Of a DNA stretch of 64,000 bases, positions 49,024 through 62,136 are shown piece by piece. The notes under the pieces are model-generated. The model saw only the letters and a list, made by a program, of their open reading frames with translations, did not search any database and had not been told where the DNA came from. The DNA comes from Monosiga brevicollis MX1. Lineage: Eukaryota. A program made the position numbers and the translations under genes. The DNA is taken from the NCBI RefSeq assembly GCF_000002865.3, contig NW_001865066.1, forward strand, positions 274,005-338,004, read 5' to 3'. Within the stretch, counting starts at the first letter, position 1. Each line of letters starts with the position of its first letter.

Positions 49024-51186
49024 CTAAACGGCTTCTTCCTCCGGTGCCGGGTCTGCCTCCGGTGCCGGGTCTGCCTCCGGTGCCGGGTCTGCCTCCGGTG
49101 CCGGGTCTGCCTCCGGTGCCGGGTCTGCCTCCGGTGCCGGGTCTGCCTCCGGTGCCGGGTCTGCTTCCGGTGCCGGGTCTGCTTCCGGTGCCGGGTCTGC
49201 CTCCGGTGCTGGGTCTGCCTCGGGTACAGCCTCCTCTTCAGGTGCTACCTCCTCTGTTGCTGATGCCGCTTCTTCTTCGCCTTGCGGCTCATCATTGGTT
49301 GCGAGTTCGGGCTGCGCTTCATCGGCAACATCGGCACTGCCAGACTTGTCCTCCTCCTCCTTGAGGAGCTTGATGCCCGTGTACAGCGCCGTGATAATCT
49401 GAGCCTCCGTAATGCAGAAGCGTGCACTCGGCGAAATGTCGCACACACCGCCCTCACCAATCGGCGTGTGCTCGCCGCCAATGCCACGCACCGACAGGCC
49501 CAGCGGGCGGCACACCTCCTTGGCCTTTGCATCCGTGCCATCCGCCGTCAGGTTGGGCAGGCCAATGTGCACACTCGCGCGCATGCCCGTACCCAGGTTG
49601 GTCGGGCAGCTCGTCACCACACCGTAGTCGGGCGACATGGCAAAGGACAGGCCCTCAATGCCGTTGACCACGTCCAGCGCCGTCTTCAGGCGGTCAAACA
49701 CCTCGTTCAGCACCGTGCCCTTGCGCATGCACATGATACGCAGGTGGTCTTCCTCACCCACCCAGATGATAAAGCCACGGTCCTCCGACACGTAGCAGCC
49801 ACGGCCATAGGGCCAGTCGGCCGCAATACCAGCCGACGCCAGGTACGGATCCGCCGCCATGTCCTTGAACATGATGTGGTCCTTGACCAGCTGCTGGTAC
49901 GCCTCCTCGCTGATGTGGTCCGGGTGATCGGGCGTCAGCGAGTTGTAGCCGCCGCCGTACTCGGGCATGGCCTTGAGCTTGTCAAAGGCCTCGCACATCT
50001 TCTTCTCCAGGCTGACACGGTCATCCTTGGTCATGGCGCCCGGCAGCGGAAAGTCGGCCAGGTTGCGACCCACGCGCACGCGCATCGACAGCGCCGGCAG
50101 ACCCAGGGCAGCCAGGTCCAGGCGCCCGTCAGCGGGCAGACCCTCGACACCCGACAGGTCCCAGTTGTTGGTGTGCTTGGCGTCCTCGCCCACCTTGTGG
50201 TAGTCGGCCAGGACCTTGCTGAAGAAGGGCTTGAAGCGGTCGTAATCGGCCGGCTGCATGGCGTAGCAGCCCATGCCCGAGTCGCCGTTGTCGATACCGC
50301 TCTGGCAGCACTTGATCAGGGCCTTCTTGTCGTCGTCGCTCAGCGTGTTGTAGTAGTCGACATCAAAGTGCTTGGCCATGCGGTTACCCGGGTGCGCCGC
50401 CTTGACGGCCGCAATCTTCTCCAACACTTCAGCACGAGTGGCAATGGCGGGAAGCAAGGTGTTCTTGTTGAGCGAAGCGTCGCTGTCGGAAGAAGGTGTA
50501 CTTGGTGCAGAGCTGGCAGGGGCAGGCTTGCTCGGCGACGCAATGGGGGCAAGGGTCGATCGCTTCGAAGTTTTGAGCGGTGATGACTTGGGAGTGCCTT
50601 GATTGAGACGCTTCGACTCGATGCCGGTTGGCACGCGATCAGGACGTTGGCGCTGGCGTCGACTGCCCACGAAGCGATCCCAAGCATAGGCGGGGACAGC
50701 CGCATTGGGGTCAATACTCGCCAGGCAATCCTGAATGTAGGGGATGGGTCGCTCGGGCTGATCATACATCAAGCCCGCCATCAGTGCCTATAGATTCCCA
50801 GTCGCCGCCAAATCAAGAGGTCACAAGACACAGGTGGAATCAAACCATCAAGTGAGTGCGTGCGCATGAATCTGTCGCTGTTTCGCGCCGGTCTGTGCAC
50901 AACTTTTGCGGCCATGGCTGAAAACTCATTGAGTGCTTGGCTCAGGCCAGCGCCTTGACGCAGTCACAGGTTCTCCCATGAAGACGTATGGAAGCCATAA
51001 GCACACAGCCAGGCACCGCTGCCATATGCGCCACTCCTCTCAGCTTGGCCCCAACTCCTCCTTCCTGAGATGACCTCACAACCCTACTCGATCAACATCA
51101 ACAACGAGCAAGCGCTGATTCTTTCGCACCTGAAACAGCTGGGCAAGCTGATGCCGATCGGCATAAGCCTTGGCATCTCCAGACAT
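49024..51186 (-). CDS. Phosphagen (probably arginine) kinase with N-terminal RIIa/DPY30-type docking domain
   Basis: Exon 1 (51186-51130) [19 protein letters not shown] plus exon 2 (50787-49024) [22 protein letters not shown]. Kinase motifs [45 protein letters not shown] and [15 protein letters not shown]. Confidence 0.93.
49045..49224 (-). repeat. Coding 18-bp minisatellite, 10 copies, encoding PEADPA
   Basis: tgccgggtctgcctccgg x10 on the + strand, with few substitutions. Confidence 0.97.
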
Positions 51187-51280
51187 TGTGCTGTTCCTTC
51201 TCCAAGTCTCCTTCTTGCCATTCAATGCAGCGTACAAAGCAAAATCCCCCGACACCGCCCCTCTGCCCTTTCGCGCATCC

Positions 51281-51384
<104 letters not shown>

Positions 51385-51542
51385 GTGTGTGAGGGAAAAT
51401 GCGGTTGTCAAGCTGACAATTCAGAGCCTGATTTTTGTATTAAACTGGGCAAGTAATTTAGCTGGTGGATTAATTCACATTTTCGACCGGGCCACGACCC
51501 TCGTGTTCGACCCCGGTGGCGGGTCGGTCAGTGGCCTGCGTG

Positions 51543-52621
51543 ATGGAGACGGAGGGTGGGGACCAACAGCAGCCGCCGCCAGAGGAGGGCCCGCATGTGT
51601 CGCCCGAGTTTACACGCTGGTATGTGGTTGGGTGCAAATGGGGTCTGGTGGCTCGTGTTCTTCCATGCTGGTCGATGGTGCTCACTCACTGACCCTTTCG
51701 TTCTGACAGGACGGGACTGGGTGACCCGGAGGTGGCTGAGTTGGTGCGCGATGCGTGCTTTGCCACTTTTGGTGGCTTCTTCTTTGGTGGCGTGACTGGT
51801 ATCAAGAATGCCTCGGCTGAATTTATCGAGGAGAATCGAACTACCAAGTTCAAAAACCAGGTGCACATGCAGAGTGAGATGAACAATGCCGTCCTGCGTC
51901 GCTTCGCCTTCCGAGGCAGCCGCTGGGGCTGGCAAATTGGTCTATTCTACACTCTTTTCAAGTATGTATACATCCAAACCACTCTGCAATATGGCTTGTC
52001 GGCGTGTTGTAGTTTGTGGATTGCCGATGGCGCTGCCTCACATGCCTTGTTTCTCGAGCGTAGACTGGGTGAGCACACGCTCCAGCATCAGCGGCAACAA
52101 CGCGATGTTCTCAACATGGTCGGCTCTGGTGGTAAGCTTTGCGTCCAACCTCTTTTTGTTTTGTTCTTGCTCCATCTAATGATGGGCACGCGCGGCGGCA
52201 TCACTTGTTGTTGATGATCACTTTTATTGGAGCTGGACTGATTGTCTGTGCTGATAACCTTTAATACGCAACTTTTTTCTGAAACTTGTGATGCCAGTCA
52301 TTGGCATCTCGTGTGCTTGATTATGTTCATGTCTTCTCATTGGTGCTTTGGCTATTGGCTCCTGCTTAACCGATAGGTGCTGTTGGCACCCTGTTTGGCC
52401 TGCGCCATGGCCCCCGTGGCGCTGGTGCCGGTCTCTTGGTAGGGGCTGGCCTCAGTCTGTGGCTGGGTTTGATCCTTCAAGGTTCATGGATTGTCGAGAA
52501 GTACATCAAGAAGGAGCAAGCTGCGCTGGCCTGCAACGAGGACACAGCTAACATTGACGCAGATGCTCTCCTCGCAACTTCAAATGATGAAGCGAGCAGC
52601 ACAACCGAGATCACTGCCTGA
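51543..52621 (+). CDS. TIMMDC1: Complex I assembly factor TIMMDC1 (Tim17 family)
   Basis: GGFFFGGVTGIKNASAEFIEENRTTKFKNQVHMQSEMNNAVLRRFAFRGSRWGWQIGLFYTLF, then LQHQRQQRDVLNMVGSG|GAVGTLFGLRHGPRGAGAGLLVGAGL; this matches the TIMMDC1 pattern (G.RWGW, G.RG..AG). Confidence 0.8.
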
Positions 52622-53177
52622 GATCACATTTGCGCGCTAGTGCTAGCTAGTTTTCTCTGTTTTTGCCTTTCTCGGGTCTAGTAACGATACAAGAGCCTGC
52701 CTATCAATGGCTTCGCTTCTCGACACTCCGCTGTGCGGTTCTTTGTTTTCTTGTTTTATTTCCCTATTGCCAGCTGGTCTGGCTGTGTCGCGCTTTCCCA
52801 TGGCAAGGCTGCGACACGTGTGGTTCCAACCCAAACTGTGATGCCTTTTTTTTTCTTAGCTTTGCGCTTTCTCTGCGTCTGCGACGCTGGCTTTTTGGTG
52901 CCAAGCACCTCTCTGAATCGAACGACAAGACTCTTTTGATCCGATCCCCTCCTTGACCTCCCTCACTGTCGTGTGTGTAGACAGGCCTCACGTTTCTTCC
53001 CCTCCACAAAATGCGAGTGGGCCACTGTGCGTCAACATGAGCTTTGCTTGGATTTCGGGCAATGCACAACAACGATTCGGAAAGACGAGTTTGACCGTCC
53101 CGGACGGCAAGATGATTGAGCTGGCGCTCTTCTAAGTCGGCGACTCTGGTGTGAGTCGATACAGCTCGACTGCTGCG

Positions 53178-54670
53178 TCACTGCTGATTGGCCGCAGCGG
53201 GGTTTTGAACAAAATTGACGCTATATGAACCCGAGTTGGGGTCCTGTTGGAACTGAAAGTTGTTTGTCGAAAGCCCAAAGGGACGAAGACACATGTTGCC
53301 CAGCTCCTTCAACTTGCCTAGACGGTTTGATATGGCATCACTTTGCAATGAGGTGCACCTGGAAAAGATTTCTCCATTCCAACGCCGCGAGACCTTGACA
53401 TACCAAACATCTCCTCCTTCATCTTTTCCTTCTGTTGCTCTACCAAAGGTGGCAGTCGCTGTGTTCGGGGCAAAAGCAACACGACACCACCCATGAGTTG
53501 CAGCAGCACACGCAGCAGACGGAGCGCACACGCAGGGAGCTAAAGAGGATTTATCAAGACAAGACAATCCAGTCAACTGACCACAACCGCAGCACGGGCC
53601 TCTGGTTGGTTGGGCTCCAACTCGAGTAGTTTCTTGAAATCTATCAATGTCACACCACGAGAAGCGTACATTCAAGTTCATGTGGCCACGAGAACGACAG
53701 CGGTTCGCATCATCCAGCGCAGCTGCAGGGAAAGAGCACACCTTCCAATGCCTGGTCATAGCGTTCGAGGGCCTCCAGGGCCTTGGCACGACGTCCATAT
53801 GCCTTGGCATAAGAGGGGTTCAGTTTGATGGCTAAATCAGGAATCAGATCAAGATCAGGGCCATTGACACAAACAGAGGCCAGCTGACGCATCTGACACG
53901 CACCTTCGTCGCAATCATCGATGCAGAGCTGGTGCGCTTCTAGTTTAAGCTGGCATGCCGCGCGGTTGCTGTAGAAAACGGCCATTTCCTACACACGTAC
54001 GCGGTGGCATGCATCAACACTGGTGAGGCCAACGAGCGGTCAGCTGACAAGGCAACACGACTAGCTGCCAACGCACTGCCGCATCCATGTATTTGGCGGG
54101 AGGTGCTGCCTCAATGGCTTGCGTATAGGCCTCGATGGCGTCACCAAATTCTACAGCGTGGTGAGCACTCGATCGTGAGTGTAGAGGATGATGAGTTCGT
54201 GTAGTTGGCAGGCCCTTGACTCACCACCCTGTCGAAAAAGTCCGTTGCCCTGGTCTTTGTGTGTCTTGGCAGTTCGGCACATATCCTAGCACAGGTTGAC
54301 ACGGGTGCATATGTATGATAAGTGACGGTCAATTCTAGAGCAGCAGACATGACGCGGTCCAAAGCGCTCACCTGCACAACGTCATCTGATAGAATTTCTT
54401 CAATCACCTCTTCAACCTCCGAAGCACCGCCCTCTTCCGGGCTCGCTTCGATGCTTGGCTCTGGAACGGCGTCGGTTGGCACCGCATCGCTAGGCGCGGC
54501 GTCAACTGGTGTGTGCTCGGTTTCGGGGTGATCCGAGCCAATGAGCTCCGACTCGGGCTCCAATTGCCGTCCTTCGGCCTGCTGCATCACATTTCATCAA
54601 TCGGGCAAGCAGGTACCAGGTAAAGGTGGCAGCATGTTAACAGGCGTACCTTCGTATCGCTGGCTTCCAT
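53178..54670 (-). CDS. TTC1: Tetratricopeptide repeat protein 1
   Basis: Acidic N-terminus; TPRs [14 protein letters not shown] and [43 protein letters not shown]1-type tail [46 protein letters not shown]. Confidence 0.92.
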
Positions 54671-54956
54671 GTTGCTCCGCCCTAATCAGCCGTGCACTGC
54701 TCAAGGATATTGAACACGACCTCGGTGATCACTCTCGTACTCGTTCTGGAAAAACGTAAAAAAAGTAAAAGAAAAAAGAAGGAGAATTATTGGATAAAAA
54801 AAAAAAAGGTTTTTTTTTTCCAAGATGTTTGCGAACTCGTGCGATTGCGGGGTGGGTGTGTGGGTGAAAGGATCAATGACTTGGTTGAGACGAGGAGTCA
54901 TGTGGGTGCAGTTGGGAGGAAAAGAGTGTCGGTATCAATTGGGACGGATGTGCCGA

Positions 54957-57900
54957 CTAACGACGGCGTGGGGGCGGTGGGGCGTCCAATTGGCGACTAT
55001 CAAGCGCTATGCAAAATTCCGTCAGGATGCGAATGGACTCGACCGGCAATTGTTGCTTATCACCACAGAGGCATTGCAGTACCGTGGCATGCCACTTGGT
55101 GCGCACATAATGCAGGGCGCGATACTCGTCGCCGGTCATAAACATGCTGATCCATGGGTCAGCATGACATTCGCGCTGGTTTGGGCGGCGGCTCAAGTTG
55201 GTAAGAAGGGACTCGACATCAAAATCATCGTCACTGCTCTCCTGGTCCTCATCCTCGGGGTTGCACGCGCTTTCCAAAGAGCCGTCTTCAGCCAGCCATT
55301 CCCCATCCTCATTCACGACAGGTCGGAATAGCTCCGCCGTTACTTGCGGCAAAGAGGAGCCAAACACAAAGACCAAAGCTGGGTCCACCACCGTGCACTG
55401 CCAGTGTCGCGGCGCAAGTAGGGCGGCAGAAGAGAACAGGGCGACAAGAGGATTGACAAAGAACCGTGTTGATGAGGGTGATCACCAACAAAATCAAGTG
55501 CCTTTGCCGAGTGGCAAAACGATGGGACACACCTCGCGAATGCAAGTAAGTCGCTCTAGTCGTTGAATGTCTTGAAAGACGAGCCAAGTGGCTTGTGTGT
55601 TCTGCAAGTGGAACACAACATATGCCATGGCCCACATAGGGGTTGAGACTTGCACAGACGTGATGGTGACAAGACCAGACGTATCCATCCAAGTGCAAAA
55701 AACAAACAAACCTTGAGCATGGAGCCAGTATGGACCTTGACGCGCGATTCAGAGCGTGTGGAATAGCTACCGATAGATGCAGTGGATTTATGATGAGGGA
55801 CGAAAGCAACTCTCTTGAAGCAAACTCATTGCCTTGCCACGCTTTACCCACCTCTTGGCGTTGGGGTTGCGACGTGCAATGTTAGGGTAGAGGCCCGCGC
55901 ATAGCGCCGCCTTGATCACGCCGCGTTGAGTTTGATTTCGGTTACCAAACTGTGTTGTCATCCAAGCCAAAAGTGATTTGAATGAGCAAATCGGCTTCGT
56001 CTCGCTCGCGCAGGAGGGAGGGGCTTGCACACAGTCAGCGCATACACGTTTACCTCAAGGTCCAAGTGCTTGCCAGTCGGCAAGACTGGACACCGGTGTA
56101 GTTGCTTCAGAACTTGTTGGCGCATGCCTAAGCAAAACACCGTAATGCAGTTTAGAGCCCACAGATGAAACATGTGCCAAGGGACACCCGTGGTACAAAC
56201 CGTCAATGACGTTGAGAGTGCTTTCGGACAGATAGTTGTCACGACAAAAATTACGCGCGGCCTGCGAGCTCTGCAGTATGGCATGCGTTGGCAAGCGAAC
56301 AAGCGGGCACCAATCAAGCGTCAAGATCCCCATGACTTTCAAAACTAGAAGGTGACAACACAACCCCACATGGATGCTGCAGCCGTTTTGGGAGAAAAGA
56401 CAATGGAAAGGTCTCGACGCAGTGGCTCTTTGCGACATCTCTGCACGCAAACGACGTACCATGGTCTTTTGGCGGCGATACTCGTCATAAACCTTGATCA
56501 GAGCCAGATGGTCCGATTCAAATTCCAAACCCCACTGCATGTGCATTCGCTTGGCAGCGGCCTGCTCAACGCCCAAAGGACACATGAGTCTAGCGAGCTG
56601 AGGGCGGGAGACCACGAGCGCTGCACACAGTCAAGGCTTGCACATACCCGCGCTTGCGGTTGCATGGGAAGCGCAAAGGGCGAGCGGTAGTCACCGCAGC
56701 ACACGAGCGTCAGAATGGGATCCAGCACGCCCAGGACATAGGCCAACAACACCATGCGGGCTGATGGTGGTGACAATGACAGGTTGGAGAGACGGTAGCC
56801 CAGGTTGGTCACGTTCTCTTCTGGATCGAGCACGGCAATCTGCTGCAACAAGTCAATAGCCGAGTCAATGGCCTTGGGATCGGGGGCTTCAGGCGCCAGC
56901 TCCAAGAAATCCTGCCAACAAATGTGTCCAAGATGAGCTAGATGAGCAAAGCTACCACAGGAAGGGACAGGCTTTACGGCTGAAGATTGGTGTGAGTGAG
57001 ATTAGCAGGACGACGTACAGCAATGCCCTGATCTTCTCGCATCAGCATCTTGGCCTATTGAAGGGCGTAAAAGTGTCAGTAACCACCAAGCTGCCAGATG
57101 CTCGTGATTTGCTCAAGAGGAAGGGTGAAAAAAGAAAAAAAAAAGGCCAGCGACAATAACCACACAAGAAAACAAGCAACGGCTCGTGAAATTTGCCGCT
57201 GCACTCATGAATTAGACGCACTTGCAAGCAGAGGTCGTCCAGTGATACGCGAAGCAGCTCGGCCTTTTGAAAGTGAGCCAGATTGCGATACCGTTGCTGC
57301 AATTGCAAATGGGGAACAACCAGCTTGAGCATGTGGAATTGTCCCACAATTCAAACGGGGATCCGACACGGTTATGCACTTCACATTCGGACCTTGCTGA
57401 AGAGGTGATAGGCCAAGCCAGGACGCACGCGACCGGCACGCCCACGGCGTTGCTTGGCCGAGGCCTGGCTAACCCAAGTCTTTTGCAGCGTGGGTACCCC
57501 CGTACCGACGTCATACGACTACATATGCGTGAATAGGTCCCGACGTCAGGTCGTCACATGATTGACAGTGGCAGCGGGTGGGTCGCAGTGAGAACCATAG
57601 ACAGGAATTGGCAAAAGCCGTACAGTTTCTTTCAGTTTGCCAGAATCAATGACGTAGACCACGTCATCGATCGTCACGGCAGTTTCTGCAATGTTGGTTG
57701 AGCAAATGATCTTGGTAGTTCCCTATCAAGAGTCGAGGGAAAAAACAAAAAACAAACAAACAAACAAAACAAAAACAAAAACAAAACAAAAACAAAGTCG
57801 GGGCATGAGAAGTGGGTAGAGTTCAGTGTGGGCCGAATTGGGTTCTGAGCAACACGGGGCCGCAAATTATGACCAACCGAGGGTGGGTGGGAAAACACGG

Positions 57901-60900
57901 CGTTTTGATCGCGGGCTGAGCACTGAGAATGCAGGGGCAAGGCGTAAATGTACTGTAGCGAGCTGGTCAGTGCGGCAATCGTGTTCATAATCTCCTCATA
58001 TCCTGTTTTGTCAGGCCCCACCGACATGAGATTGCGTGATGCAGCCGTGCGCGTCAGCAAACTAGGCATGTACTACTCATGACTAACCGGGCAAAAAGAT
58101 CAAAATGGCGCCTTCGCCAGCAGGCCAGTGCTGCATGATATGGGCCACGAGCTGGACAATGAGCTCAATGTCGACATCGGAATCGTCGAAGCTGGCCTGG
58201 TATGCCTGCACCATGGCCCGCTCATCGACGGTCATATCCTGGGAAAGACACGACACGGTGTAGAGCAGCCGCGGCATATACAAGGCGGCATATGCAAGGC
58301 GGGCACAGCAGCACGTGAGCAGGGCTAAAAGAAAAGCCACGTTCACTGTATTCGGCAAGCAAAGAAGCGTCCACTGGACGTACGGCTATGACTTCTGATT
58401 GCATGCCGTCTTCGTCATCCGACAGGAAGGTTTGCAAGATGTTCAAGACGTTGTGATGTCCAAAGTAGGCCGCAAAGTCTGCTGCAGTCCAGCCGTTGTG
58501 ACGGCAGGTGGCACCAGCATCGGCATCTAAGCGTAGCAAACGGTCCACCCATTCGTCCGCTCCTTTGGCCGCAGCGATCATCAGTGTCGTCAAATCTGTT
58601 TGGGGGTGCCTGGAACATTACCAGCGATGGGTCGCATGAATGGCTCAATGAGACACACGGTTTTGGCGGCCAAGGGGCCCATACCGGTGGTCGACGTCAA
58701 TGCCATCAGCCACGAGCTCATGGTAAATGTTCATCAGGTAGCTCTCCGTGCTGAGGCCAACTTCGGCGTGCCACGCTTGGCCCATGCCCTGCTCAATGAG
58801 CGCCAGGCTGCTGCGCAGCTGGGCAGAATCGGCTTGTTGCTTCCGGTGAGACTGATGGCCGCGAAACCCAATCGACTTGAGCGCCTGCCAATATGCAGCA
58901 AAACGCCGCAAGCTGTGAGACTTGCGGCCTTTTTTTCAAATAGCCCACCGACCAAATGGATGGGTGATCTCATCTGGAGTGCCAGAATGAGGGGGCGGGG
59001 GACCCACATCTTCAAGAAAGAGCGACTTGACGGGAAAGGTGCGACCGGCAATATGGAGGCTGGGGCAGTTGTCAAAGTACTGAATAATCGTGACACCAGA
59101 GAAGGGCATGGTGAGGCTGGTGCACCGCGGGACGCGGTCACATTAGCGAGGTGGCCAGCTCTTTGATCCCACCTCAGTGAAGAGCTCGCTGTGCAGCGTC
59201 GCGGACATGATGATCAACTTGACATCCGGGCGCCGCGCCAAGAGCTGACGCAAGGAAATCAGGAGAAAATCGCTGCGGACAGCATAAGAGGTCGGCAGCG
59301 CGTACAGGCGATATGAAGATGACCCAAAAAACGGTGACTTTGTCATGCGTCATGGTAAGGGCGCAGGGATGGCGGCGTTCGAACCACGAGCTTACCTGAA
59401 GCGATCGCGTTCGTGGACCTCATCCACAATGACATGGGTGACATGGCCCAGGTCTGACAAAGCATCGATATGATTGTCAAGTGGACGCAGGTTAATGGAC
59501 AGCCCAACACTGGTATCTGATTGTGAGCGACCGTACCTGGGTCGGACATGGCAATGCGCAGCAGGAGGCCTGTGGTGCAGAACATGAGCTTGGTGTGGGC
59601 AGAGACCTGGCTATCCAGGCGAATGTTGTAGCCAACTGTGTCACCTGTGTGTGTTTACACAGGTGTAACAGAACACAGTTGTTGGAGGGGGGCGGGGGGC
59701 GGTCAGCGGTGGCAGGGTGAGAGTGGATGATCACAACCAGATTGCGTGTTCTGTGTATTGGGCTGAATCAGTAGCCGTACCAACGCGGGAGCCCCATTCG
59801 GTGGCAACGCGCTTGGCCACACTCATGGCAGAGATGCGCCGAGGTTGGGAGCAGACGATGCAACAAGGCGTGTTCCTGCCACAGGTGCAGCATTGGCGAT
59901 GGGTGAAATGTACAACGGCAAGATTCGATCCGCTGCAATGTTGGCTCAATGCTTTAGGCACGTACCGCTCTACTGCGGCCTCGAGCACAAACTGCGGAAC
60001 CTGGGTTGTCTTGCCCGAGCCAGTTTCACCGGACAGCAGCAAGACCTGGTTGCTATCAATGGCCGCCAAGATTTGCTCGCGCATGGCAAAAGCTGGAAGC
60101 GTTTGGCGAAATTGCTACACAAGGGTCCAAAAAAGAGGAGGGCTTGCAACTTATGAGAGGGCCCCACGAGGCAGGGGCGGGGGTTAGGAGGCTTGAGGCA
60201 GAGCAAGCGTACAGCCAGATCCTCTCGGCGTTGCGGCGCTGGGGGTGGGCCGCTGATCTGATCCATGAAGCCCTTGGAAGAGGTGACATCTGTCAGCTTG
60301 CGCGCTGATGGTGGAGCGGCCTTGAGGCCATCAAGAATAACGTCGCTGCAAGGGGGTGCAAGAGCAATGAGCATGTTGGGCAGAGGGCGCAGGAGTCGGT
60401 TTCTGGTTGGAAGGGGCTGCAAGACCAACCGCTCTTGGTCAGAGACAGGCACCTTTTGGGACACTTGCAGGAGTACCTCTCTCGTCTACGGCAATCATAG
60501 AGGGAAAGGTGAGGCAGGTGAGCTCTCTCACATCCCCACAACACGTGCCCCCAGGAGTAGAAGGAAGAGAATCGACAATAACAACTCTCCCCTGGACGCA
60601 ACCCGAGGCTGCCAATACGGCTTGCCGAGGAGCATCGAACGACGAACCTTGTCAGCTAGGTGCACTTGGTGGGAGCTACTGGCCTTTTGAATGTGTTGCT
60701 TTGAAGCCGTCAATCGTCTGCGTGAGGTGAAGCATGAGAATGGTAGAGGTCAGCCAGGTGGCGCCGCGAGACGGAGCCGGCTAGAATAGAAAGTCGTGCC
60801 TGTTTTGATTCGAGCCAATTGATTTGGATTTGAGGCCGAGCTTGATACACAGCTGGTGTGCAAACTTGCGCTGGAGGTTATTCAGCGTGGCCGGGAAGTA

Positions 60901-61487
60901 GAGGGCTGTCGTTGCACGATCATGTCACGGTTCATGCCGTAGATGAGATTGTAGTGGTGACAAGGGGTGGAGGGCAGTGTGAGCCATTGGCACTCTGATG
61001 TGAAAGATGTGGGTCGGCACTTGGACAGCCCAAGGATGGTTGAAGAAGCGCCTCAAGACGTACTGGTGTCTTCGGACAAGGCAAAGTCCTCAAGCTTGGC
61101 CGAGATCCATTCTTGAAATTCTTCCGAGACGGAGGCGTCGGTGGTGGGAGGGACATCGCGCGTTGGTGCTACACGACGCTCTAGCCCTTGCCCACTCGGC
61201 AAGCCATGCGCATTGCCGCGACCCCGCCCACGGTACGATGTCGTTGGATACCCACCACTGCTGCTGTGGCCACCGCCTCGCGAATAAGGTCGATCATCAT
61301 ATTGTCTGTGGCCGTCGCGGCCGCCATGCCCACCACGGCCTCCAGCCCAGTGGCCTTGGCCGTAGTTCTGGCCCTGACCGCGTCCACGTCCCCGACCGCG
61401 GCCCCGACCGCGACCGCGGCCGCGACTCCTTCCGCCGCCACCACCACCACTACCATGGCTCTGGTATTGCGTGTTCCAGTTCTCCAT
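54957..61487 (-). CDS. YTHDC2: YTHDC2-like DExH RNA helicase (RGG, R3H, RecA1, ankyrin insert, RecA2, HA2, OB); no YTH domain seen
   Basis: RGG N-terminus; R3[63 protein letters not shown]; ankyrin pair [11 protein letters not shown]...[45 protein letters not shown]2 and OB regions. Confidence 0.88.
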
Positions 61488-62136
61488 TCTTGCACTTGGG
61501 GCCTGAGGGAAGTGTTTTTATTTCCAACAAAAGGTCCGGGTCGTGAATGAAAGCTCCCGCCTAGATTGGCCCAGCACGCTCACACGCGGCCCAAACAAAT
61601 GCAAGTTGACCACCTCCTGTCACGCTCACCAGCAAAAACCCCTACAATAGCCACCGATCAGCTTTAATATCAGAGCGCATGCGTACGAGCGCGCGTCAGC
61701 GAAGAAGCCCGAACCGGTTCCCAGTCTGCAACAATTGGCTGTCATAACTCACCTCCCGAAAAAAAAAATCAAAAAAAAATCCAAAAAAACCAAATTGCCT
61801 TACGAGAATGGCTTGACGCCAAAACGTGTTGTCATCATCTGTTCATAACATCGGTTGTCAGATTTTTCGATTGACCCGATGAAGGGGGGTTTCTGCAGCA
61901 GCTTTTCAAGTTATTGAAGATTGTTTAAGAGTAAAAGTAGAAACTTTGAGAGAAAATGAAGTTTCATTAGGAACTTGATGTAATTTTACAGAAGAAAATA
62001 TAAGACTTTGTGACGATACTAATTCCCGTGAAGAAGCAGTCCGTGTAGCTATTGCTGTCCCAGCTTTGAATTTTTATCTGACAACGGCCGTCCGTCGCTC
62101 TCAAATTTTTAATTTTTTTTTGGCGGGGGCAGGGGA

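Noticed and set aside
49045..49224. Regular repeats as a possible CRISPR array (also 63455-63542)
   Set aside because: Head-to-tail coding units without spacers, or only two copies; eukaryotic context and no cas genes.
49282..50583. 433-aa plus-strand ORF
   Set aside because: Antisense shadow of the GC3-rich kinase CDS.
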